Shown here in pieces: positions 1 to 11,913 of a DNA stretch of 64,000 bases. The DNA lies in contig JAVKOQ020000080.1 of assembly GCA_031835245.2 (NCBI GenBank), positions 62,001 to 126,000 on the forward strand, given 5' to 3'. The stretch comes from Balamuthia mandrillaris (Eukaryota). Position numbers and translations under genes: made by a program. Numbering within the stretch: position 1 is the stretch's first letter; every line of letters begins with the position of its first letter. The notes beneath the pieces were generated by a model that did no database searches, was not told the DNA's origin, and saw nothing but the letters and a program-made list of their open reading frames with translations.

Positions 1-1676
1 ATGAACCCGCTCAGCTTTTTAGACCTGCAAACAACAACGCATGCATCACTACAATATAGGACCAACGCAAAACGACAGGCTCCACTCACCTCCATTCGTT
101 TGCATTGGCGAACCTCTTTGCTTTCTCATTATCGCCGTTGGCATACGAAAAGATGGCCCAAAACGGATTGGAGAGTACTTCTCCTCCTAGTTAGAAACGC
201 AGGTTAGTTTCGTTGGCCTCCATCATTTCTTTGTTAATCTTCTTCTCTTATGTTACGGGAAATAACTCGCGCTACTAACCAGACGAGAGGGCGGCGGCCT
301 TATCTATCAGGTGATAGTAATGCATGGCCGTCAAGGCGTAACGACCGGAATGCTCCAACTGGTTCTCCTCGGGAGATGGCGGAGTAAGCTCTGGGGCAAC
401 AGTGTATTGTTCCTTGTTGCGATCCAATGTGTTCCCTGGATAGAACTTGTACGTCATCGTTTCTTTTTGCACCTTTTGTTTAAACAAAATCTTAAGTATT
501 ACCAAGAATCACACAAACAATGCACGCTGAAACAATCAAAAAAACAAAGGAACGTACGCGATACAGCGGAGCAGCTGAGATGAAATAAGAGTAGGCCACA
601 TCCTCCAATTGGCTGAAGAAGGGCTGCTCCGGAAATCCCTCCACAAACTCATGGAAGGTACGATAGAGACATCGGTTGTGAGGGATTGTGTTTTCGATGA
701 TTTGCTTCCATGTTGGATGAATGCCATCCAACTCGACGTTCACTCCTGTTTGGGCCTGGTTTGTTGTTGCTTGCAGGTTAGTATTCTCTTTTTCTATCAC
801 TAGCAAAAAGTAAGCAACTTGTGAACAAAGAAGAAAGAAAGATGGAGAAGGGCGACATGCTACCACAACAATAACTGGATTATTGGTGAGTGCTTCCAAA
901 CAAACAGAGACGTGATCCTCATGAAAGACATCATCCGCGTCCAGAAAGAAGATCACCTCCCCTTTGCTCCTCGTCACCCCCACGTTCCGGGCCGTCCCGC
1001 GAAAGAGGTGTTGGCGTGAGGACACCAACTTCCATTGAATGTGTTCTTTTGTATCCGTGTGTTGTTGATGATGAATGAAGGAGAGTACGCGCGCAACACT
1101 GTTGTCGGAGGAGGAGTCATCCACAATCACCACTTCTGCATTCGTTATCTATCAGTTATGCAGTTAGTTATGGCGATATATTAGTGTGCAGAGAGAATAC
1201 AGTACAAGTCTGATGGGAGAAACAGTATGTAGACTTTGTTGGGATTGGAAGAAATGTGAAATGCTCTGCTTGACGCTTCGCAGCGTGTTGACGATATAAG
1301 AGGCGGTGTTGCGGACGGGAATGACGACCACGAAGGAAGTTACCGGAAGCGAAGCGGTTTGAAGAAGCCGGTCCGGATACCAAATGGGCGCAGCGAAAGG
1401 GTTGTTGTTGTAGTTGACGCGCGAAGAAGAAGGAGGAAAAGAAGAAGAAGAAGAAGAAGCGGAAGAAGATGAGGAAGAGGTGCCCGAAAGAGAAGCAGAG
1501 GAGGATGAAGGAACGGGAGAGTTGGAGGTGGATGCTTTGCTTCGAGGAACAAGGACGAGCAAAAGCAGTGCGCCACAGAGGAGCAGGAGCGCAAACAGGC
1601 ACAAGGAAAGATGCTCCCAAGGAATCCCTCGTGCAGGCGCTCTCTCCCCACGCTGTTTATGCCTCCGGTTCCCCAT
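1..1676 (-). CDS. Glycosyltransferase family 2 (GT-A fold), type II membrane protein; spliced, 3' end runs off the window
   Basis: N-terminal hydrophobic anchor (LSLCLFALLLLCGALLLLVLV), Ser-rich stem, then FVVVIPVRNT, EVVIVDDSSSD, RGTARNVGV and FFLDADD (DxD). Spread over ORFs 1164-1733, 492-1133 and 275-505, joined by GT-AG introns. Confidence 0.85.
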
Positions 1677-1698
1677 CCCTCCCAGTTGGTCGAACCGG

Positions 1699-1758
1699 AG
1701 GACGTCCTCGGCATACGATAAAAGGATGTCCATTTTTATCGTATGCCGAGGACGTCCT
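1699..1758. repeat. Perfect 25-bp inverted repeat with a 10-nt spacer
   Basis: AGGACGTCCTCGGCATACGATAAAA (1699-1723) and its exact reverse complement (1734-1758). Confidence 0.95.
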
Positions 1759-2598
1759 GGGGATATAAGCTAATATAGGGTCAGCCCCATATATAAACCC
1801 TAACCTTGATTTCCATCACCAAAAAAAGAGGGTGCTTCCCACCGCCTTTTCGCCGATCAACAAGGAGCAATCTCGTGGCCAGCCCCTTGACTAAGGCGGC
1901 GCAAAGATCATAAGATCTAAGGACAACGAAAATAGAAATCACGACATTAGTCTTTTGGGCCAATGAGCATGTTTCCCGCCAAAACAACCCTTCCTTCTCC
2001 CACGCCTCTGAAGGCAAAGTGGTGGGTTGGGGTGTGGGGTGGGGTGTACGGAATGGATGCTCATGCTGCTGCTGCCGCCAATAAACTTTTGGTACTCGTC
2101 ATTCGCCTTGACACTTTTCTGCTACTCGTTTTCTTTTCTTCTCTTCTCTTCTTTTCTTTCTTTTCAAAAGTAAACACACAGACACACACATCCACGCAGC
2201 TCCACGCACCACCGTATTTCTCATTGCTACGCTTCTACTACACAAGGAGGAAACCAGCGGAAGGAGGCAGAGGTGGAAACCGAAGCGGTTCAGCCGCAGG
2301 CAGGGGCACTGCTCCGATTGAAAAGGTAGCGTTCTTTTTTCTCTGCTCGCTCACTACATTTTTTGATGATGGAAAAAAAAATTTGTCCCATTGATCGGCT
2401 TGATCTTGGCGCCCTCCTAGTTGGTCGAACCGTCACGATCTTCTTTTTCCTTTTATCGTATGCCGCATCGATAATTCATTGGAATTGTTCAAAATTTTTT
2501 GTATTATCGCATAAATTGATCAATTATCGATTGACAAGTCGACTTTAATTCAAGTAATTTATTTGTTTGAGAGAAAAAAAGAACTCCAAACGACGAAG

Positions 2599-5500
2599 AT
2601 GAAGAAGAAAGCGGAGGAGGAGGAGGAGGAGCAGGAATGGAACACAAGGAAGGTGCATTCCACGGGCGACCTCCAAAGATTTCACCTAAGGAGCAAGCAG
2701 CAACAACAACGACAACAACCCATTACGACGCCACTTGGCACCACGTACCCGTATGAGACAGAGCTCCCGCAACAGCAGTTCTATCTCAGCACCTATTCCT
2801 TCTTTCTGTTGCCGCGTTATTCTGCCCCTGTTCACGGGTCTCTCTCTTCTTTCTTTCTTTATTTATTTTTTATTTGTCATTTCTATATTTATTTTATTTT
2901 ATTTTAACTTTATTTTATTTTAACTTTCATTATAACTTCAATAGAGATACGTTTGAGCGGGTGCAAACCAGAATAACTTTTGCGCGGCACGCCAGACGGT
3001 CCAGCTCCCTCAAGGAGAACATCAAGTACTCCACGCAACAATGGGCGGCCCTCCAGCTCTCCGCCATGCGCAGCCACCTCCTCCTTCGCATCGAGGCGGC
3101 CGCCAAGAGCAGAGCTCTCAAGGAATGGGAGTGGAAGAAACGGGTTGCTCTTCGTCGTCGTAGGCGTAGTCTCAGTCTCAGTCTTGGCCGCCGTTCTGTC
3201 GCGACGACGAACGTCGACAACAGCGACGAAGAGAAGGCAGAAGCAAACCGAAAGAGGTTTTGGGCAAGTTTGGATATGTATGCACCCAACGTTTGTCCGT
3301 CTGATTCAGAAGAAGAAGAACGAGAAGAACAAGAACAAGAACAAGAAGTACAAGAACAAGAAAAGCTGGAAAAGAGAAACGAAGGAAGCACGACGATTAC
3401 AAGAACGATAACGACAGCATGCTCTTCAATGACTGTCGACGAGTACAGCGTTGTAACTTTTGAAGAGTTAAATCAACAACAGCAACAGCAAAAAGCAACA
3501 AACGAAAAAGAAAATGAGGAGGAAGAAGAACCAGAGACAGAAGAGGAGGACACGTCAACGAGTCAACCTGCTCTTTCCTCGACATCGCTTCTTCGGGACC
3601 TCTCTCAAAATGAGGAACAGTGGGAGGCTCTTTCATGGCAAGACAAGTTCTTGCGGGTCTTTGACTTGTTGCGGAGGCGAGCACAACCTGATGCACCAAT
3701 GGATGAGACACAGCAGCAAGGAATCGAGGATGGAGATGAGGAGCAGGAAGATGGTTGGAATGAAACCGTAGAAGATCGTTATAGGTAACAACTACTCTTC
3801 CAATATTCTTGTTCTCCTTCTCTTCTTCTTGTTGTTGAAGTTGTTTGTCCTCTTCTTTTCTTATTTTTCCTCCTCCTTCTTGTTCTTGTTCTTCTTCTTA
3901 ATGTTTTCAAAACAATGAGAATAGAGTATATCACTTGTTGGGCACGTTATCCCGAGACTTCATCATAGCAGCCAAAGAGTACGGCAAGATTATCATTACC
4001 GAACGCTTCCTCCCCGTCAGCCAAAAGACTATCAAACCAACCAACCACAAAGGACTCGGCGGAGACAAGTTCCTCGTCAACAACATCTACTTCAAGTTCG
4101 CCATCGACCGCAAAGGATTGTTTGGTGGAGAAACAGCCGGTGATGAATGTGCAGCCAAAGTAGCCGCTCATGAGCTCAAGTCGTTAATACATGTGATGAA
4201 CGTTTGGGTACCGGCTGTCTACTTTCCTATGATGGTGTTGGTAGAGTATAGAGGCTTCACGCTTATAGCAATGACTGCCCTGCCGATTGCGGGCACGAAC
4301 ACGTTGAAATACGGCAGCAACGATGCGGGAAGGACCGTTCGCAACGACGCCCCTGCGCTGGATAGGAAGATGAAGCTGTTGGCGGAGAGGCTGAACCTAA
4401 AACCCCATCTGGTGAGAGGAGGAGGAACCAACGGTCAAAAACCGGTTGTTGTTTATACTGCGGCTGATTTCGAGGGACATGTTGGACTGGATGGCCGGCA
4501 TTATGTCTTGGTAGCTATTCATCTGCTTGTTCATGTTCCTTCTTCCTTTTATATTCATGACATTAATTCTACAAACTTCATTAGGACTTTTCAAGAACGT
4601 TTCCTCCAACCCCTTATCAAAGCAGTCGTCCAGGCTCTCATCTTTACAACCTATTCCGTCCTGAGTTTGTGAGGAAGTATCCTCACGGCCCTCTTTGCTC
4701 CGACGCCTATTCCTCGTTCATGCATGAAAGTGAATTCCAAGAACACAACGCCGACATCCCTAAAGCTTTTGCTTACCTGGAAGAACATAACATTCCCACT
4801 TTAGCTCATTATCTGCTCTTCGAAGTTGCTGAAATGGAAAAGACGATGGACTTTCCTCTCATCCAAAAGCTGCATTTCTATGGCATCAATGTTCGTTATT
4901 TGGGTCGGGTTCGCTCCACTTTACAACAACTACGAAAGCGATCGAAAGCAAGAGAAACATTTATAACATCAAATGAACCGGAGGATAAAGAAGGAGAAGA
5001 ACAAGAGCAAGATATTCTGAAACAATTGATGGAAGAACAAGAAGCACAGTTGAATAGGAGCATTTACGTTGCCATGCGAAACAACAACAACAGCTCATCT
5101 TCTCCCTTTCCTCCTTCGCCGCTATCAACTCCATGCGGTTCTTCTCCCTGCTCTCCTTCCTCTGCTTCTGCTTCTTCATACGATACGTTTTGGGAGGATT
5201 TGATATTGCTGGAAATGATTGCTCGCGTTTGTAAGAGCATTATCAAACGAAAGCTACGAAAGAAGATGCAACGAACCACCTCGCAGGAAGCGTTCAACAA
5301 GATCGTCATCGACCACATCAACATGATGTTGGGCAACTGCCACTCAAGCTCTCGCAACGAACAGTTTTGGCAACGCAAGTTGAAGCCTGAATTGATGACA
5401 AAGTTTGAGAACGCTCTCACTCCCGAAGAAAGCCATCCCGAGTTTTCTCTTTACGATATGTTTGCTCGAAGCGACACCCTCCAACATCAACAGCAACAAA

Positions 5501-7822
5501 CAACAAGCGTGGCAAACGATCCTATTCACCAACAGAAGAATTTTCTTTTTCAGTTGGATAGGAAGACTCGGCCTTCCACGAAACCAAAAGCATCGAAGAG
5601 AGCTACAAGCAACTTCTTCAACAGTCTAGGCTTCTTGTTTTATCGGACGAGCAAAATGTTGGGCGCCAAGTTCGATGACTGCTCCCTCAAGACCATCTTG
5701 AAAGATCCCTTTGTGTTCCTTCGGTCGTGTTCTCCGTTGGATCATACCGACCTTGATCACTTGAAAGTGCGAGTCAAGTACATGAATATCGCTGCTCATG
5801 CTCAAGGTTTGTTGTTGTTTTCTTTTTTTGTTTTTGCTTTTCTTTCATTAACAGAAGCTTTCGTTCTTTAACAGCCGTGACGTTGTTAATGAAAGCACAT
5901 GAAGGAATAGGGCTGGAAGGCCCTGGAGCTGCTACCACAAGCATGCCTCAACCACCTGCCATCAAAAGCTCGAACGGCCGCATTGCCGGTGCTAAATACG
6001 TTCGTTTGAACACAAAAGCTATAGAGCTGCTATACAAAGCATTGGACTGCGATCCCAGTAATCACATCACTTTAAGGTTATGTGAAGTTGTTCGCTTCAA
6101 GAGAAGCTTTTAAAAAAAACTGAACGTTGAATACAGAAAACTAGGCGATGCGTTGGCAGCTATGGACAGAGATGCAGAAGCAAGAATAGCTTATAAAGCA
6201 GCCATAAAGGCGAATCCCAGTGACTGTGCCAATTACTTTCGTTATGCGGTTCTGCTCGAAAAAGTGCACAAGTACGACATGGCGGAGTACTACTATCTGC
6301 AAGGGTTGGAGAGACAACCCACGAACGCCACCTGTCTCAGCACTTATGCTGACTTTGTGGCCACCTTCCGACGTAATAATAGGTTTGTTCTTCTGTATCT
6401 TATTTTGTTTTTTTGGTTCTTCTCTTCCTCTTTCTCTTGCTGCTTCGCCTTTCCTCATGTCATTCTAACTCTGTTATATAACAGAGATGCAAATAGACTT
6501 TATGCTGCAGCGCTGTATCGCTGCGAAGAAGAAATACAAAGCGAACGAGAAGAAGAACGTTCAAACAAAGAAGTACAACCTCGATTTCAACCGCCAATCT
6601 ATCCTCACTACAAAGCATGCATTCTGAACAACTATGCCATCTTCCGATTGTTCGCTTTCGGAGACACAGTGACCGCTGAGAAAATGTTTCGGCATTGCGT
6701 TACCACGGAACCCAACAATGCTCGTTTCCTTCGAAACTTTGCCAACTTTCTTCTTCGCAAACATGAATTCACCTCGAAAGAGGAAGGAACTGCCTACAAA
6801 CAGCAACGCAATGAGAAAGGAAAAGAAAACGGCGAAAAAGGAGAAGCAAATGCAAAGCAATATGGTGATGAAGAAGAAGAGCAAGAGGAAAAGAAAAGAA
6901 AGAGAAGCGAGAAAGCAGACATGGAGACTAACAGAGATTTGGTGGAAGCAAACAAGTACCTGGACAGAGCTTTGGAGTTGGAGCGAATATACGGAACTAA
7001 AGGAGAGGACTGGAAGCGCTTGCAACGGCCTCTCGTCTTTATCACCGCCAATCGGTTCAAGTTCTTTGAGGCCTCCAAGATTCTTAACCGGTCTCACAAG
7101 AAATGGGAGATACGCATGGCAAAGGTTTCTTCCTTTCTTTGTTCCACTTTTTGGTGTGTCTCTCCATTAACAACACATTCATAATGCCAGATTCGCCTTG
7201 CCTCTCCTTTGAAGGATCCCCAAAGGAACATGTTGAGTCCCGTTCTCACGGAGGACCAATTGCAGCGCTTCAAGCAACGGTTGGAAGCTGCCTACTCCAT
7301 TCTTTGCACTCCGCTGATCTTTGAGAAAGTCGGGCTTCAGTTTTGTGATGAGGAGATAACGTTTGGCGGCAAGGCTATTAGAGACGTCCCCAGTTTTGCG
7401 AAAGCCAACAACGGCAGAAGGTTGTGCCTGTTCCTTTATGTGGCTTTTACGGATGGTTGTCCAGGTTAGTCTCTTTCATTCCACTTGTCGCGTAGATTAT
7501 TTCTTGCTTATGCGTAAACACAACAGAGCACGATCGGGTGTTTGAAGGAAGAATATATTGTAAAGTAGTTTATCCACCACGAGGCACGGAAGGTTTTGGC
7601 TTTGAGTATGCTATCTTCTCTTTTTATTTTTTTTTTGTCAATTTAACACAAAAACCTCTCAGCACAATAATGGAGCCAGAAGGAATAGTGCCGCCGAGAA
7701 CGATCTCAGAGCTGCACCGAAACAGACACCTCATCAGCATGCGCACGAACCCCTACACTCAGCTGAACCTCTGGTTGGACGAGCTGCAGCGCACCAAGCC
7801 ACAGCAGTTCCATTCCCTGTGA
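2599..7822 (+). CDS. Clu (clustered-mitochondria/TIF31-like) domain protein with TPRs and a C-terminal degenerate HAM1/ITPase-like domain; multi-exon
   Basis: Clu motifs YGKIIITE..KTIKP..GLGGDKF..YFKFA..AAHELKSL..YGSNDAG..DFEGHVGLDGRHYVL|DFSRTFPP..LCSDAYS and HFYGINVRYLG. TPR-like repeats at about 6000-6760. ITPase-like FITANRFKFFE, FEGRIYCKVVYPPRGTEGFGFD and ISMR. Confidence 0.8.
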
Positions 7823-8139
7823 ATCGAACTATACTAATCATTTTTGCTCAGAAATTACTTCGAAGAAAAATTTCGGAGTCGGAAAACTTTATAAAAAGGA
7901 AAAGTTTAACTCCGCAATTTTGTCACTTTTTTTTTCTAAGAAATACGTCCCAAAAAACAACAAAGCGGGAAACGAAAGGGGAGTGCCCTCGCGCGACGAC
8001 GTTTCTGAATCGGATCCCTCTTTCTTTCTTTCGTTCTTTTTTTTTTTTTTTTTTTGGCTTCTCTTTGAACGTTATTCTCTCAACTTTATTTGTAGCTTTT
8101 TCTTTTGGCGTTCGTTGAAAACAGAGAAAGAAAAGAAAG

Positions 8140-10665
8140 ATGATGATGACGGAGAGCGATTCTGCGGTTTCTGCGGAGGGTTCATTGCTCTCCAGCTCCC
8201 CTTTTGGAGGCTTTTCTTCTTCTTCTTCTTCTTCTTCTTCTTCTTCACAGCGTGGCGCTTCGACGGGTTCGAAGACCACCGTAAATGCACACCCAAGACA
8301 TCTCACTCCCTCCTCTTCTGCCGCTCTCTCTCCTCCTTCTTCTGCCTCGTCTTCTACGCCTTCTCCTTCGGCTGCTGTTGTTCCTTCTTTACAACAACAA
8401 CAAGAAGACGAGGACGACTTGCTGCTGTTGTCGATGTTCCAAAGCGAAGGAGAGCAGTGGCAGCTCTCTGCTTCGTTGACCGATAAGCTTTCCTTCCTTC
8501 GCTCTCTCGGCATTAACAGGTTTTCTTTTTTTGCTTCTCTTTTTTTTTCTATTTTCTACTTTTTCTATTTTTTCTATTTTTTCTATTTTTTTTATTTTTT
8601 TGTTTTTAATTTTTTAATTTTAATTTTTACTTTTTTTATTTGAAAATAATATAATTTTATTTTCACATAAATAACCCGAACGTTTATTATTCAAAAACAA
8701 CGTTATGAAAGTATACCGAGTTTGGAGGAAATGGAAAGACAGTTGCAACTGTACAGCTTTCTGCAGCCGCTGCTCACCATGCTCACCCCGGCTCAAGTGG
8801 AGACGCAGCTGAGGCGGTGGAAGAACACTCGCCACGTTGGATCTGCTGAGCAAAACAAGACCAAGCTCGCCACAATGTTTGCTTCCTTTTCTCTCTTTTG
8901 CATTTTCTTATCCTTTTCATCTTCTTCTATGCGTTCTTCTATTTCATTTTTTCTCGTTCTTCTTATTCATTATTCACCTTGTTCTTCTTCTTCTTCTTCT
9001 TCTTCTTCTTCTTCTTGTCTCAACAGCTTTCGGAAGGTGATAGATTGGTGTCATAGCGCTGCGTTTAGTAGGGAGGGGTTAGTTACTCGTTTGACTGTTT
9101 TTGGTCTATCTAGTTCTGGGGATATCTCCACGATGATTACTCGTCTTATCACACGAGCAATTTTGGCACCTTCCGACGATGAGGCGTCTGATCTTCCTTC
9201 ATCTGTGCCTTCTCCTTCTTTCTCTTGCCCTTCTTCTACTTCGTCAACTTTTACGTTACCATCTGCTGTTTCAATGGGTGATGCCAACGATGCAACATTT
9301 AAAACGCCTTTACCTCCTTCGCCACACACGATGAAACGTTCTCCGTCTCGCTCCGATCGACGACATAAGTCTTCATCAGCGGCTCCATTACTCCTCTCCT
9401 TCCAGCAACACGAGAGAAAACCTGAATACAGCAATTCATTTGAGGATGCTTCCTCAAATTCTTCTAACTCATCACGAGGAGACCCACGAAGACTGAATGT
9501 GCCTCTTCTCCTTCCTCGTAACCCCTCTTCTCCCTCTCAACTAGCTTACCCTTCTGCTAATTCAGATATTTCCTCGCCTTCCGCCTCTTCTTCGCTCGCT
9601 GTTCCTGTGCCTCCCGTTTATCTCCTCTCTCGTTCCTCCACTTCTTCATCTTCTTCTGCTTCCCACAATACACTTTCTCCTCTCTCCTGTACTCCTCCTT
9701 CTTCCCCTACCCCGGATGTCATCCTCTATGCTGACAAGTGGACAGTACCGACGAAACATTTTTGCTTGTTTGGAATTTCGGATGCCACTCCATTCTCTCC
9801 ATTTTCCCCGGCTTTTGCCTTTCCTTCCAGCTATCGCTCGAAAGTAGTAAGCGCCTTTCCTTCTTCAGCTTCTACTTCTGCGTCTGCTTCTTCTCCTTCT
9901 GCTTCTGCTTCATTGTCACCCACTTCTCATTCTTTTTCCTCTGGAAAAACGAGAAAGGTATCTTCACCATCCTCTTCTCCGTCATACTCTCCTCCAACCT
10001 CCCAGCGATCGAACCATACACCTGAGAACAACCAATCCTATCAACAAAAGAACACTGATCCCTCTTCTTCTACTCCTCTTCCTTCATCCTCCTCCAAAGT
10101 TCGATCTCCTCTTCCTATTATATGTTCTCTGGGAAATGATAACAACCTTGCTTCCTCTTCTTCTTTCCTTGCCGGGCCTCGTGATGCCTCCAGTGTAACG
10201 CCATCAACACCCGAACGAGGAGAAGAAGAAGAACAAGCAGCTTCGTTGATGTTGTTAGCCTGCTCGGTAGTTACAACTGAGCCATTCTTTCACGGCGATA
10301 CAACAACAACGAAGAAGAGAAAACGGAAACGAGTCTCGACAGCAGCTGTGGACGATGCTCAACTCATCAAAACAACAATAAACAAGAAGCACCAACGAAA
10401 AAGACCACGAAGCAACAGCGCCACAAACGTGAAGTCAACGGCACAGCAAAGGAAGCGATTGGAAGCGAGTGAAGGAGTAAAAGATACTGAACCAGCGGCC
10501 CCTCATTCTCCCAACAATAAGCCGCACTCGCCAAGGAAACGACGAGGTGGACAACAGGCCCGGAGTTTGGACTCAAGAAGGAAGACAGGTGCACTCTCTG
10601 GCGGTGATACTGCTGCAGATTTACTTGCTTACCTCGCCTCCTCTTCTTCTCGGCGGAAGGAGTAA
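8140..10665 (+). CDS. Hypothetical Ser/Pro-rich, largely disordered protein with basic NLS-like tracts and a possible SAP-like motif
   Basis: ORFs 8140-8643 and 8722-10665 separated by T-rich introns; KKRKRKR and KKHQRKRPR; FSREGLVTRLTVFGLSSSGDISTMITRL. Confidence 0.6.
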
Positions 10666-10929
10666 TGCTTGCGTGGTACATATGTTGTTTTTGTTTAATT
10701 ATTTTAAAAATGGTATAAATGGTAATTAACAACTGCCGTTTTCGTTCAATAATATTATTAGTTGGTAATATATAACAACGCGTGTATTCTAGCGTGTTGG
10801 TGATCATCTCCCAATATACTCAGAGTTGTTGTGTTTTCGTAAGAAAGGTAGGTCAAAGGCTTGTTGCCCTGTGAAATACATACAATATGGAAAACAAAAG
10901 AAGGCTGGCGACATGTTCACCCAAACGTG

Positions 10930-11668
10930 TTAATGCTCTGCCTTCTTCCTTCTGGCAATGGTGCTTTTGCTTCTCCTTCCTTCGCTTGCTCTCCTCTTGG
11001 GGTTCGTCCCTCCCTTTCGAGCGGGCGAGAGGTATTGCAAACCTGTGCCAATTTGCAGGGGATGTTGTGAGCAGGAAGAGGAGGCGGAGGAGCGAGACGG
11101 AGGGTCTGGTTGGATGGGTTGTTGCAAGGAAGGTCCCCATTGTTGAACGGCCGCTTCCACCAGTTGACGATCGTCCACCGCTGCCAGTTCAGGTTCCATG
11201 CACGTTTGGAAAAGCAGCTCCTCCATTTCCTCTATGGCCAACGAAGAGCTGCGCCTGTTGCCAAGGGTACGAGCGCTTTGAGATAAGAGAAGAAAATGGG
11301 GTCTGGCCGGACCGTTCCTTTGGACCGAAGGTTGAACGAGATTCCTGTGGCGGTAGCTGGTTTCAGCATGGTTGTTTACGTTTGAAAAGCGGAGAGCTTC
11401 ATCCGCCATTTGAAGGGAACTTTCCTCCACAGGAGGAGAGGATTCTTCTTCTCTGCAGGAACACAGTTGGTCCCAGTCGCCAAGATGAATATTCATTTTT
11501 GCTTCTTGTCAGTGTTGATTTGTTTTGTGTACTGCAAAAGCAAACAAAAAACGCAACTAAAAACCGAAAAGTGTTGTCTGTTGCCTTCCAAAATCCCCTC
11601 ACAGGCAATGATGAATATTGCATTCCCATAAACCAGTCAAACTTCCGCAACAGCTGCCATGGAATCAT
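10930..11668 (-). CDS. Hypothetical protein; structure uncertain
   Basis: 188-aa ORF 10930-11496 with plausible composition and a possible short upstream exon; no recognisable motif. Confidence 0.3.
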
Positions 11669-11913
11669 ACAATGGAGCCTCCAGTCAGAGCCCAAAGTCT
11701 ATATTCACGTGTCGTCACGATGAAATAGATAATAATACATTATTTTCCTGGAAATTTTTGTCTACAAAAATCGGCCTAATAACGAAATGTCGACGCGATC
11801 ATCGGGCAATTTATCGGAGATTAAACGGCAAATCGAAAGAAATTTTCGTTCCACTTTTTTTACAAAAACAAAAAAAAAACATTTTGAGCAGCGGAGAAGA
11901 AGGAGAGAGAGAG

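Noticed and set aside
139..153. GGCATACGAAAAG resembling the hairpin arm
   Set aside because: Short, imperfect and inside a probable GT2 exon.
1795..1806. Telomere-like AAACCCTAACC
   Set aside because: Fewer than two units; expected by chance.
8540..8600. Short tandem repeats as CRISPR-like arrays (also 28900-29010 and 51592-51706)
   Set aside because: Low-complexity intronic or promoter repeats with no unique spacers and no cas genes; eukaryotic context.
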